Assembly: GCA_000708835.1 (NCBI GenBank)
Contig: DF237142.1
Location: 65,810 to 129,809, forward strand
Direction: 5' to 3'
Source: Klebsormidium nitens
Lineage: Eukaryota; Plantae; Klebsormidiophyceae
Length of the DNA: 64,000 nt
Shown: positions 10,866-23,070 of the stretch, piece after piece
Layout: every line of letters starts with the position of its first letter
How positions within the stretch are numbered: the stretch's first letter is position 1
The notes under the pieces: generated by a model
What the model was told of the DNA's origin: nothing
What the model saw: only the letters and a program-made list of their open reading frames with translations
Database searches by the model: none
Made by a program: the position numbers and the translations under genes

Positions 10866-12632
10866 GGGGTACACCGAAACAGTGAGGTTTGGAGGCGCTT
10901 TAAGGAGCTCGTCTGGCCCAAAGCTTGATGACCTCCGTAAACCCGGCGAAGCTGAGTCTTTGACATTGTGGTGTGTCGTTATGTAAGCTCTTAATTCGAC
11001 ATTGTGATGTGTGGTTTATGTGCTGTAGTCGGATCATAGGGGCATTCAGCCCGTCAAGATCTGCATGCGGAACTGATTCGACATTTGTCGATCTGATGGA
11101 CAGCTTTCATAGCTGACCGCTGCATCACATTTATGTTGAGATGAAAAAGCTTTCTTATCCCCGACACTTGATCCATTCGTACACGTGGCATAATCCCAAC
11201 CGCTGACCTTGGGAGCTGCTGTTTGTTGGATCGTCGTTAGGATGCGTTCTATACACCCTCGTGTGGCCGCATGTAAGTAAAATTGCTGGCATGCATGCCT
11301 GCCAGTGGTTCGTTCGCGGGTTTGGAACACATGCGACTATACAATAATCTCGCCGGCCCGGGGCATGCACAAGAAAATTGGCGGCCACGGCTACTAAGTG
11401 GGCTAAGTGGCTATACTACGCTCTCCTGCAGGTACTCAGCATATATGTACCTCAACAGCTGGTGCATCTGCTATCAGTGTGCATGTATGTAGGTATGTAT
11501 ATGTGCAACGTTAATCACATACGGCTCGCGCGATAGCACGCGCTAGTTCTAGCTGAACTTAACGTGGCGGCCGCATTAATACGCGATATAGATACCTATC
11601 TTGGACTCTCAAGCCAACCTAAAAGTGCATGTGTGTGTAGCGCGCGTGCACATGCGCACCGATATGATGGTTAAGTACCCGTCAGATCTATCAATTCAAC
11701 TGCCGGCTGCGCACGCGCATGATATAGCTAGGCTAGCTAGCTTGTTTGACCTTCCCTAAGAAATATTGCGCATGGCGATACAATCTTCCATATGACTTCC
11801 AGAAGCGCGTCTCGCAACAAACACGGGAATACGGATCTAGCTGTTAAGTGTCACTCATTCAATCCTGCTTGCGATACCTCGAGAACTATGTCGAGTCAGT
11901 GCGTGCAGTTCAGACAATAATCCGGGCAGCATGGTGCGCCACACTACCGTTCTTTAATGACATTGCAAAGACTTTGCGTGGCCATGGCCAGCTAGGTACA
12001 TGCACGCCGTGTGTACTGCCATGCCGGGTGTTCTGCCATGACAAGGGCACGCGTGTTAAGGGAAATGTTACACACTTGATAAGCGATAACTGCAAGCAAC
12101 AAGGTCTTGAACAGATAACGTGCTTGTTTCTCTAGGCCCTCTGTAGCTAAGCTGAACCGTCCTCTGATGCGATGCGCTCTACCTGTCGTGCATATCATCG
12201 TAGCCATCTTTACATTGCTTACTCGTGACTCAAGACGGCTTGATGACTACAACGATAAGAATATACCTAAGAACTTTACCGCGACTCGAGGAATTGTTCT
12301 TCGGCCCTCAATTTGGTAAGCCCAAATCCCACCGTCCAACAAAGTCTTAACGGGCAACAAAGCGGTGTAGGCGGCTGACATCTGATTGTCTCTAAGAAAC
12401 GTAGGGCCATGCAATGAAAGAGTTGCTCTACTTTGAGATGCACTCAAACAAAAAGAGTGCAACTTTCAAATGGTCACCCATCCTCAACTGATCCTCATCC
12501 ATTCCGGCTCCTTGATCCCTCCCAATCGCTGATCCAATACGCTTCTCAATAAGCGGCTCCAACTCTCTAAATATCCCCAACCACAAAGCCGGGCCAATTC
12601 CTCTGCCTCCTAGAAAGAATCGTCAACCTCGT

Positions 12633-15600
12633 CTAGAAAGTGACCTCCAACCTCCAGTCCTCGCCGGCCTCCGGCACCGGCAGCTCCACGGTCAGACGCG
12701 AATCCGTCTTGTCATAATCGAACTTCAACGGGGTGCCGTCTCCCAGCACGCAACTGACTGGCGCGTCGGACGCCCACATCCCGAAGCGCCCGCGTCCGCG
12801 GACGTCCAAGGCAACGCGCGTGTCGGAGACGCTCATCCCAACAATCGCGCCGCCGGAGTTGAACATGGAAAGAAGCCCAATGGGGGCAAAGCGCACTCCG
12901 CTGGGAAGCTCCTGAAACAGGAGGAAAACAGAGGATGAGCCGTCTGTGTTGAGTGAACACATTGGTGATTTTTCTGACGAGGGGACACTTTTGCATGCAA
13001 AGGTTTATGTACAGTGCCTAAGGAACTGAGGTACTCTGGAACTGAGGTACTCTGTGCACAATTTGCGTAAATGTCGAAATATAGAGGGCGCATAGAAGAC
13101 CTGGGAACATGACAAGCAGGAGGGAGGGTTGGCCAGGCGGAGCGGCCTCCCGGACCGGCAAAAGGCGTTGGCTGCTGTGCAAGGTGTCAGCAACAAGCAA
13201 GGCAGCACGCAAAACAGGCACGGATTTTGACATGCTCTCAAGGTTTGAATCCCAGAGGTTACTACTTGTTGATCTAGCAACCTGAGCAAAAGGGTCATCA
13301 GGACTTACTGTAATGGGAGCCACCGTGAACAGCTCGTAGTCAAGGACCGGCAGGGTGATGGCCACGCCGCCTGAGGCCGGGATCGCGAGAAGCTCGTCTG
13401 GGAAAGGACAAAGTTACGGTGTCTAGACAATCGTGCAGAGAAACACCTCCTGCAGGATGTCGGGACTTTCATACACTCAAGAACACGTTCTGCTGCTTGC
13501 TAGTAGGCTACTTTTGGGCTAGAAAGGGTTTAGTGGTAACCAAAGGGGTTTGCATGAACCCGAGACGGGGTGCTACGTAAGCTGAATAGGATTGGTTGGT
13601 CACCCTTCAACCAGACATCCAGAAGACTGATTTCCTTCAAAATACTCGCACCGCTCTTTGAGTACCTTTTCTCAGGCAACAGCTGGATTGACAAACAGCT
13701 CACAAATAGCAATTGCGGGTGTAAAATGGGACTCTTTGCACCCACCTCCTTGGTGCTTGTAGACTGCCACGTCACCGGTCCACGTGTCTCCGGCCAGCTC
13801 CGCCAGGCCTTCCACGTCAGTCGGGCGCACAGTGCTCGTCACGGCCTGGGGGGCCTCGTCGTGAATCCGGTTGTGCTTCTTGTCCTTGCACCAGGCCGCG
13901 CCCTGCAAAGAAGGTTCGCCGAAATTGAGACGCCGTTCCACGAGACGGTTCGTCCTCTTTCGGCGACTGAGAAGCCCGTAGACAAATGCTCCAGTCGCCA
14001 CAATCGAAAGTGGAAAGAGCAGCAACATCGAAGTCGCGACGGCACCACAAGTTGTGACGCTTTTGCGCGTTCGAGAGTGAAGCAGAAGAACAAACGTACC
14101 TGGCAGTTGAAGGCCCCAATGACGCCGCTGTACAGGTTCTTGTTCCAGATCTTGAGCATGCTGCAGGATGGAGAGAGATGCAGTCAGCAACGCACTAGCC
14201 GCAAGGCCACCTCGGAACTTTCGAAGAATGAAGCGTTGCGTTCCCCCTAATCGCTAACGTACCGACACTTTTAAGAGACAATCATCATGCGAGGAGCCTT
14301 CGACCAAGGAAAATACCTCCAGACAGCCCAGCCACAGTTCCGCACGTCCACAGCCTCTTCGGTAAAGCCCAATAGGCTGTTTGCGACTTAACGAAGCGCA
14401 AGATTGCCGAGTATCAGCGGCAGGCGAGCCAGTAGGTTTGATGCGAAGGGAGTGAGAGAAGTAGTCCCATACCTGACGCCGTCTCTAGCGGGGTCGTTGA
14501 AGAGGCAGTCGCGGGTCGGACGTCCGGGCAGCTGGGCACGCAGCGTACGGCCGTCCGGCAGGACCAGCTTGCGCAGGAGCTCGAAGTCGTGCTGGCCCGG
14601 CTTGTCACTGCGGAGAAGCAACGGCCTGAATATTAGGAAGCGGCCGGCCCCCACTTGGTAATTCTTCGAAAGTGGTTTTCTCCTCTTCTTTCCTAAATAA
14701 AAAGCGCCCACATTACCGAGTAGAAAGCGGGGAAGCTGCAACTTGAGTTGCAGTCGCGAAAGAGTGCCGTGGATGAAGACCCGCCCCCACAAAGTGCTTC
14801 AGCGGGAAAAGCATCCCAGCAGGTGTCATCCTCACTTTCAGATCCGAAGTTTTCTAAGTTCACAACAAAAGTCGCCAAATGCGGAAGAACATATGGTAGC
14901 GGAGAATGAAATTGTGAATTTCAAAAAGGGTTGGTAGACCTACCTGACGTAAACTCCGCATCCGCCGATAGCGCGTGCAGCAGCGTGGTAGGCACCCGCG
15001 GTATGAAGGCTCTGAGAAGCAAAGAGGGCACGTGTCAGGAAGATAACTCGGGTTGACGAAGGCACAGCATCAAGTGCAGGGATCGAAAAAACGGCGCACG
15101 TGACATGCTCAGGGTGAGTGATGGAACAAACGCAATGTCCACAGAAGTGTACCTGGGCACAATAACACACTTGAGAGGAAGCAAGACCACGATATAGACA
15201 AATAGAAGGGGACGTTCAGAAAGCAGGCACCTTGTGCAGATTTGAGGGTGAAATCATCAACAAGGGTAGGTCACTACCTGGAACATGTCCCAGTCGGGCT
15301 GAGCAAACTCGCCAAGGAAGAGAGAGTTGTACGCAACCTGTGTCAGGACGAAAACGAGAAGGAGCAGCAAGGAGAAGTGAATTCAATGGGTTCAAGGCAA
15401 ACACCGGTACGCACAACCTCCTGGAACTAAACGCTCAAGAGCTGATCAACTTGCAACGAATCCAGAGTGGCCTAGGCACACAGATTGACACAAGTTCTTT
15501 GTCTCGGCAAATGCAACAAACATGTCGAACATTGAACGGCCTGAAAGCCTGCGTTTTCATGCACGTAGAGGCTTTCTCCTTCCATTCAAAATGGCTTGCG

Positions 15601-18600
15601 GAAACGGAACAGAACTCTTACCGAGGCAATGTGAATGGTGTGGGACGCAGGGTCGCGGGGCCAGAAGTCGTCGGAGGCGCGCACGATGGCAGTCTGCTTG
15701 GAGCTGCAACAAAGAAACGTCCGACATTGTTAGTGACTGACCCTTTAAACCAAAAATATATAAACGACGGTTTCCAAAAGGCTCAGAGTGTACTCACGGC
15801 GCAGCGGAAGCACGATTTTTTTGACCCGACATTAGTGACCCTGCTTATAATCTGCACACGCAACTTGTAAGATCCTTCTGTAAAAAGCCTGTGTTCTTCT
15901 TGGAGTAGATATCGAAGCGAGATACTTGCGCATCTTCGTAAGGTAACGCGGCTCTCGTCGCAGTCTGGCGCTGACCTGTAGATGCCGTCCGAGGAGTGGC
16001 TCATGCACGAGATGCAGCCGTTGTCCGGAAAGTTCTTCTTGACGCTCGCCTCCAGCGCACCATGGTACATGCGCGCGAGCGCCACCCGCCCGCCCAGGCC
16101 CTCGCCCAGCGCCTCCAGAATGCTCTGCACGTCGACCTTGACTCCGTCCACGCCCGCAGAGGCCAAGTACTCGTGCAGCTGCGAAAGGTGTAAAGGGGTT
16201 CAGTGACGAGAAGGCTCGGATATCCGAAAGACGGCACTTTCGATCGTGATTGAACCGGTATCAAAGGTCAGATTTGCACAATAAGCTGCAACAGACTGTC
16301 AGTTTGCTGACAATCTCCTGTTGCAAGGCGCGTTGAGTGACGTCGGAAGACAATCCCTGCCAGACACCCCTGCTCTCATTAAAACGTTTTGATTTGTATG
16401 AAAACGTGAGGGGGAGAAGACTGCAAAATCGTCGCCTGAAAGCAGTGAAGCAGCTCACCTCGTCGAAGAAGTTGAAGGCCTTCTCGGGGTGGACAAGCCC
16501 GATGCCGTGGAGCGCCAGGCTGTCGAGGGCCATGCACGGCTGGTTCTCCAGGACACCGGGGGAGATGGTCGGGTACCTGCGCAAGAGGTCAGGGAACAGG
16601 AGAGTTCAGCCAGTTGCCTCGTTCAAAGAATGGTCTTCTGCAGCCCGCAACTCATCAATTCCGGTCGGAAATCACTTTCAAAAGCTCAGTAAGACCATCA
16701 ACAAATGAGGATCAATCGGGCGGAGGAATCCTCCGAGAATGCAAAGAGAAGGAAAGAGATGATTACCTGATAGCAGCCTCGTAATGTTCCAGGCCATCAT
16801 GATTCGGACGGACACCTCCCCAGTACCTGCATAGTTGGAAACGATAGTGCGTCAAGAAAATTAGCCCCTTGACGCTTAGCCGCCAGGTGATTGTAAGCGT
16901 AGCTTGCGAAAAGGTAACTGGAAGCTACGTTCTGAACTCTCCCAGTAAAAACCTAGGAAGGAGAGGTCGAAGAAGAAGGTATGGTTTTGACCGCCTTGTC
17001 CAAGCCTAGACAATACCTATTTCAGAGCAGATTTCAGAAGAATTGCGATGCATGGCTACTGAGCATCCTTCGAGTCACATTTTCCCAGCACCTGATTGTC
17101 TGCAAAGGGACTCATCTGAAAGCCCAATTCACTCACGGGGGACGGAACACAACAATCTGCCGCTTTCTGAATAACAAGCCTTGAAAGAGTAGAGGACTCA
17201 CCCTGCGAGCGCATGCCAGACGTAGACGTAATTGAGGTCGTGCTGCGACTTCACGTCCTTGACGATGTCCGCGAGGGTCCAGAGCCGCTCCAGTTCGCTC
17301 TTGGGCTCGGTCGCGTCGGTGACGGGGACGACCTTGTTGAACTTGTGGTTCTCCTTGATCGAGGTCAGCCGGCTCGCGAACCTGACGCAGGTAGAAGCAG
17401 AGTTTAAGCTTCACGATTGTTAGATGCGATTTGCGACACTCGAAACTAAGTTTGAAAGGTAGACGGAGCTGGTGGGGATGAACGTGCGAGCGTTGCTTGG
17501 GAAGACGTGCGCTGCCTCTTCCAAAATGGTTGAGAGTATACTGAACGAAAGTGCTTGCGCCAGGTTTCGAGCTAGGAAATCGCAGAGCGTCGGATTACTA
17601 ACGCAAATAGACCTTTCTTTGCCAACGACCCACTTCGCAGCAGTAATGACCAAGTCCGGCTCACCACTGATTCATGGGGACGACACCGCAAACTAACATG
17701 CTGAGGTAGGCAGGCCTGCAAACAGCACAACAGAAGGGAGGCTACCACCCAAGCGTCACGACTAAAGTGATCAAGCAAACTCGTCGAAACGGGCGGAAAC
17801 TTACTGGGTCCCCTCTGTGATGAGCTGTGTGGTGGGCTCCCCCTCCCTCGGCGCGTCAGCAGCGGTGGATTGCCACCCGTCGTCGACGATCAGGAAACGG
17901 GCGGGAGTGCCCCCAGCTGCCAAACTGCACGGAGAAGCGCAGAGATTTGCTCAAACTCGCAGGAGCACAGGGCGTTCTTTGCATTCTCCGTAACATGAGC
18001 ACAAGTAGCTAGTACGATTGGCCACAGGGGAGCAGGCTTTGGACCCGAGCAGAAGGTCACTTAGCAAAGGGCTTTTGCTAGATCTGGACAAGACATTAGT
18101 GATCAGGCAATGGGTAATGAGACGTTTGAGTAAGAGCGAGCGGGTTGGGCTTCGCAGGTTGAAGCGGGTGCTCACCTCTTCAAACCTTCTGACAGGCTCT
18201 CGGCCGTCACCTTGGTGTCTGCAAACAGACGAGACACGAAAAATCAGGCAAAGCTTTCACTATCTCAAAAACACCACATCCGCAAAAAAATGTGCTTCAA
18301 TTGCTTGTTTTTCACAGAATGTGTGCTTAAAACATAAGGCTAGTATGGTATGGTTTCTTCATAAACAAGCGGAGTGCAAGCTCTCGACCCAAAGGAGTCT
18401 AGAGCACCGAAACGGTGCGGAAGTTACTTACAGAAAGCATCCCAGGTGCACCAGCCGAAGTAATCCATGCACTTCGGCATCTGCATAGCGGAGGAGAGTG
18501 GGGTTAAGCAAACTTTTCACACGGGATAGAAAGCCCGCTTCTCGCCCGTCACACTTTTCCTTTGTAGAGGTGCTATAGGGATGGAAGTCAATACTAAGAG

Positions 18601-20737
18601 TACGTCATGTAAAGCATCGTGCTGCTTCATGTCAAGGAGGAAGGGCTCGTATACATGTCATGGACTTACCAATTTCTTTTCTCTCCGCTTGAATGTTGAA
18701 GTTGACTCCTCAACAGCTCTGCGACATCGGGAGAATGAGTATGAGTCCGTTTGGCCCTGCCGTCAAACTTCAAAGCCTTGAGAGGTTCAAAAACAGTCAA
18801 CGAGAAAGCCCTTGCAAACGTATGCTCCCCAAAAGTGCAGGCCGCGTTTTAGGCGACTACTCCGGGCATGACCAGAAAACCGTTTGCTGCCAGAATAGTC
18901 GGGCCTATTGCAGTGCAAATCACTCGACCTCTACAATAAAGAGAAAGTGGAAGAGACACTTTGTCATGGATCTAGATAAGCTTCATCCTCAATCCAGAAA
19001 GTCTGCCAAGAAGGTAAACTGCGCGCATGGTCTCAACGTACCTGATTGCATCAGAGATGACGGCGAACGGGTCGCTCCCAGAGTGCACATAGACTGCGCT
19101 GGAAACCATGTCTGTTTGTACAGCCGCATCGCCTGCAAGACCAGTTTCTATGTCAGCCATCACAATCAATCCTCCACTTAGTTTTCACCCCTCAGTGAGT
19201 CGCATGATGTAATAACCAGAGGAAGCTTTACATCAGGTCAACAAGCAATCTCCTCGCCTCTTAGAAGCACTGCCAGTTCAAAGTTTGAGGAGCACTGCCG
19301 ACCCCTGCTAGTCAAATTTCGAGCCCTCCATCCTACGCGATGCTCTAGAGGAGAACTCAATCGGCTCACATCCAGGTTTCTGGTCCCTCACTATTATAAA
19401 CCAAGCTAAAATCTCAAATTTGCTTACCACTCTCCACAATGAGGTTGAGCTCTTCCGAGGGGCTCCCTGCCAGCGACGCTCGGAAGGCGCCTTCCAGGAC
19501 AGGCAGGAAAACAGTGTACACGGTTTCTTTCGAAGCAGGGGCATCGCTGCCTGCATCGCCCGGCGTTTGGACCAACAGGAACTGAGTCTCCGTTGGGATC
19601 TCAGAGGCGGTCGTACCCATGCACTGCGACATCCACCACAGCTTGAAGCGGAAGCAGGCGTTGAATTTGCAGTTGCTGCACAGAATAAAAGCATGACATC
19701 AGACGTTCGCTGGATGGTCTGACAAGCCTGACTCTTGTTGCAAACTCATTCTCTATGCCTTACGCGCCCGAGTGTCCTGTAGCATGCACAGTCCTTTGCT
19801 CCGCTGCAAATAAAGGGTATGCGTAGGGAAACTTTCAGTAGCTGCTGCCTCTCATTGACAACTATCGAAACGAGGAAAGCTGAGCAGCGTTGGAAAGCTC
19901 AGAGGCATCATAATCCTAGGACCTGGAATGACTTCTATCAAGTTGCACATAATTTTGAAATCTAAAAATCTCGTTATATCAGGGAACCTGCAGAAGACAC
20001 TATGATGGATGCGCCATAATCTGCTGGGAACCAGCCAAAAGAGAAGCAACTCACCCTACGAGCTTCCCAATTGGGAGCTTGTGCCGGCTGCTTGGGCTAT
20101 CTGTAAATGCTCCAATGAAAGCACCAGGGACACCGTGACTGCCACCGTCCGCTCTGACCGTAACCTTCGAAGGGACGTTCTTGAGCAGCGTCTGCTGAGC
20201 TCCTCCGACTCGAGCAACCAGCTCGCGCTCGGTGGACAGCTCAATGGATGGAGGGACAACCATGGTGGCTGGTTTAAGGAGCTTCTCTAACTCAACCTGT
20301 TCTTGATCGAGGGCTGGAGGGTTCAACACCGCCTTGGCTACAGGAAGGCGGGGCCACTTAAAGGCAGGGTTAATGGAGGGTTTCCAGGCAGGGGATTGCA
20401 GAGAGGGCGCAGGCACAACTTGGAGAGGGCTCCGAACGGGGTTTGAAAACCTGGAGAGGGTTCGCGCTGCGGCAACCGCGGGCTTCACCAGAGGGGACCT
20501 CAGGAGCCTCTGCGAATGGTGGAGGTGTCGGTCAGCAAAAGAGCTAGTAAACCTTCTACCTAAGCTAGGGAAAAGGCTCTTTGCTGTGAATGTCCCTGAA
20601 CTGAGGCCTTGGGAGCCCTGGAAATGGATTCCAGCTGCAGAAACTGCAGGACAGGATGTTAGGCCCTTGGTGGTCATGAGGGGTCTTCTAATAAGAGGAC
20701 CGAGATGACGCCTTGACACTTCCGTCCTCAGGGCCAT
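12633..20737 (-). CDS. SIP: GH36 seed-imbibition protein / alkaline alpha-galactosidase / raffinose-synthase family, 924 aa, with a 158-aa N-terminal extension
   Basis: 19 phase-consistent exons: 20737-20055, 19675-19428, 19132-19042, 18718-18670, 18480-18432, 18218-18176, 17924-17805, 17381-17202, 16826-16767, 16576-16459, 16178-15976, 15703-15622, 15337-15278, 15011-14944, 14607-14473, 14160-14100, 13902-13746, 13397-13309, 12911-12633. Family motifs present: [45 protein letters not shown] (nucleophile), RASDDFWP (acid/base), PDWDMFQS, SDKPG.HDF. Hydrolase versus transferase activity cannot be decided from sequence; FKLWWM is SIP-like. Confidence 0.95.
13022..13053. repeat. Perfect 16-bp tandem duplication in SIP intron 18
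   Basis: GGAACTGAGGTACTCT at 13022-13037 and 13038-13053. Confidence 0.9.
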
Positions 20738-22229
20738 CAGAAGGTGGTGCTGATCATTGCGGGTGCCGACTCAGCAGCACCAACCGCCTGTGCCTCTTGT
20801 TTCTGGGGGCCACCGGGACTCTGTACCAAAGAAACAAGCGGTCCTATGACATATACGAACAGCATGCTTTAAGAAGCCTCAGGGTGACATCGATCATGCT
20901 GGTCTTGATGAAGAAGAGAAAACCCCTTGACAGTGCTTGATTAAGACGCTTCTTTTTGCTTGCAGAGGATTATTGAGCATCCAAAAGTCTGACTGGTTCT
21001 ATCAATCTTTCACAAATGATCCTTCACATTTTCAAAAACCTAACTTTTGTGAAAGGGCCTCGCTAAAGCTGCATAACTTAGCTCCTGAGCAAAAACAACA
21101 AAACATCGGCTCAACTCTACATGAGTCAGCATTCTGTCAAACCCTCACCACCATAAGCAGAAACACCTACCGGAGTAGTAAACTATCGCAATAGAAGCAG
21201 CAATGCCATTCGCGAAAACCAATATTGCAGATTTGCACTCACCAACACTTTTGGAGGGGTCGATGTGCGCCCGTTGCAGGAAGTTTCGTATGCCACTCTT
21301 TGCAACTTTGAGAAAAGTATAAAAGTTTCTGCAGAGGCCTCCTTTATAGTCCAGGACCAAGTGCCTCTGGAAACTTCAAGCTGGAGCCGTGAAGGTGGCG
21401 TTCCCTCCTCGAAAGCTCGGGTAAGCTTCCTTCTCTGCTAACTGCAGTCGGCCTTTTTCCAGCTCGAGACCAATTGACAAGCAGATCAAAGAAAGTGGAA
21501 CTGAACTGGCTCTTCAAGGAGATAACTGGAGTCAAAGCTCTTCTCCACACCGAGATTAACCACAAAGCGAACCGAACGAATAAAACGGTGCTGACAAAGC
21601 ATGGAAGCTTGGAAGCTCACCGGTGGAGACGGTTGGCAGTTGCGTATCTCCAAGGGCAGTACAACAGGGCAATCTCATGAGTAGGTAGTTTATGCGTTGG
21701 TCCAGCAGAAGGGGAGGAACCTGGTGATGCCTGCATTCACCACCTTCCTGTCAACAGTGAACTGAACAGGAAGAAGACGAACGCCTGATCTGCTGAATGC
21801 GGTCAGAGATTGAGTGCAAATCGGAGCAATCACGAGCAGTGCAGTGTGCACCCAGTAGGTACCTAACTCACCTTGTACCAAGTGCAAGATGTACCGTACG
21901 GCCGGGCAGTGAACTGAAAGACTGTTTTAGGGCCTGCTGGTTAAGTGGTAACTGTCTGACTCGGAACAGGGGCCCGCCGCCCCTGCCCCCGTTGCGGGGG
22001 TTACAGGTAAAGAGTTACCAAGGGGGTTAGATAGTTTAATACTTGGGCAAGGATGCACAGGAGGGGGTTTACTGGTTCTGGGTCTCACGACCGGTCTTCG
22101 GGATCGCTGTCTGGGTTTGAACCAACTCTCCGAGGGCCTCGAATCGGATCTCGAGTGCTGCGTGCAGTGTGCACCAGCCACAGTACCAGATTCTGAGATT
22201 CAACTGCCGCCAGAGTAACTGCTAGACCA

Positions 22230-22420
22230 CGAGATTGGCTGCCGCGTTGGATATCTTCTTCGGCGATGACGTGGTACGTGTGAGTGAGCCGTAACGGCGC
22301 AGATGGCGGCTTTGGAATCTGGATATCTCGTCCGCTTTTGACAAGCGCCCTTAGATGTCCACGTAGCATCACATCGAACGATCTAGAAGCCCTGGGCAAA
22401 ATGGCACATGGTGCACGTGG
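22230..22420 (-). promoter_or_regulatory. Cluster of ACGT-core (G-box/ABRE-like) motifs and a CCAAT box upstream of the SIP leader
   Basis: CACGTG 22414-22419, CCACGTAG 22359-22366, TGACGTGG 22267-22274, TACGTGT 22275-22281, and CCAAT (minus strand) at about 22234-22238. Minus-strand donors at about 21873 and 21618 suggest a spliced SIP 5' leader starting near here. Confidence 0.4.
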
Positions 22421-23070
22421 AACATGGGACAACCGACTCCGGCGAGCATCAATGATGCGAATTGCAAATGGTAGAAAATTTTCTTTGGACCGGCGGTCCA
22501 GTTGAACGGGCCTGGATCCAATGCCATGGATGTCTCGAGCGGCCCCCGGAGTCATTCTAGCTACAGGCTAGAGGGATGGCTGCTGCTGGCAGTCAAGTTC
22601 ATTGTGAATCTGAACCGTGTCGTGGTGACTTTGGCCATGGCGGTACAGCGACCTCATAGCGGTATACTGCTAAGAAGCAAACATCCACTGAAATTGATGA
22701 TGATGGATCTCAGAGGCTGTTGCAGCATACGTCCTATAGTGCCCTGATTAAATCGCCGCAAGCTCTACGAACGCACATGTCTCGCAGAAACGTCAGCCAC
22801 AGCACGTCTCCGGTAAAGTGCCACTTTGGCGCCATGGGCAAGATGTCATTCAAGATCCACAGAGAAGCCTAAACTTCGACGCCAAATGATGTACCCGCTC
22901 ATATCATAAGCAACTCGGCTGCGGGTGCCTTCGAGCATAAAGTCCACTTAAATCTGCAGCCAACGGGTTTCATCGCACTCAAAGAACTCCCTCTTTTATG
23001 CAGGAGAAAAGCGCAACCTGTTCTCCAGGGACAGCCTCCCAAAAAAAACAGCTCATTTCGAGCCATCTCA

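Noticed and set aside
11295-11320. CAGTGGTTC hAT-like terminus
   Set aside because: No matching opposite end or TSD found nearby.
22085-22555. 156-aa minus-strand ORF and overlapping plus-strand ORFs
   Set aside because: No motif or splice support; overlaps the putative SIP promoter.
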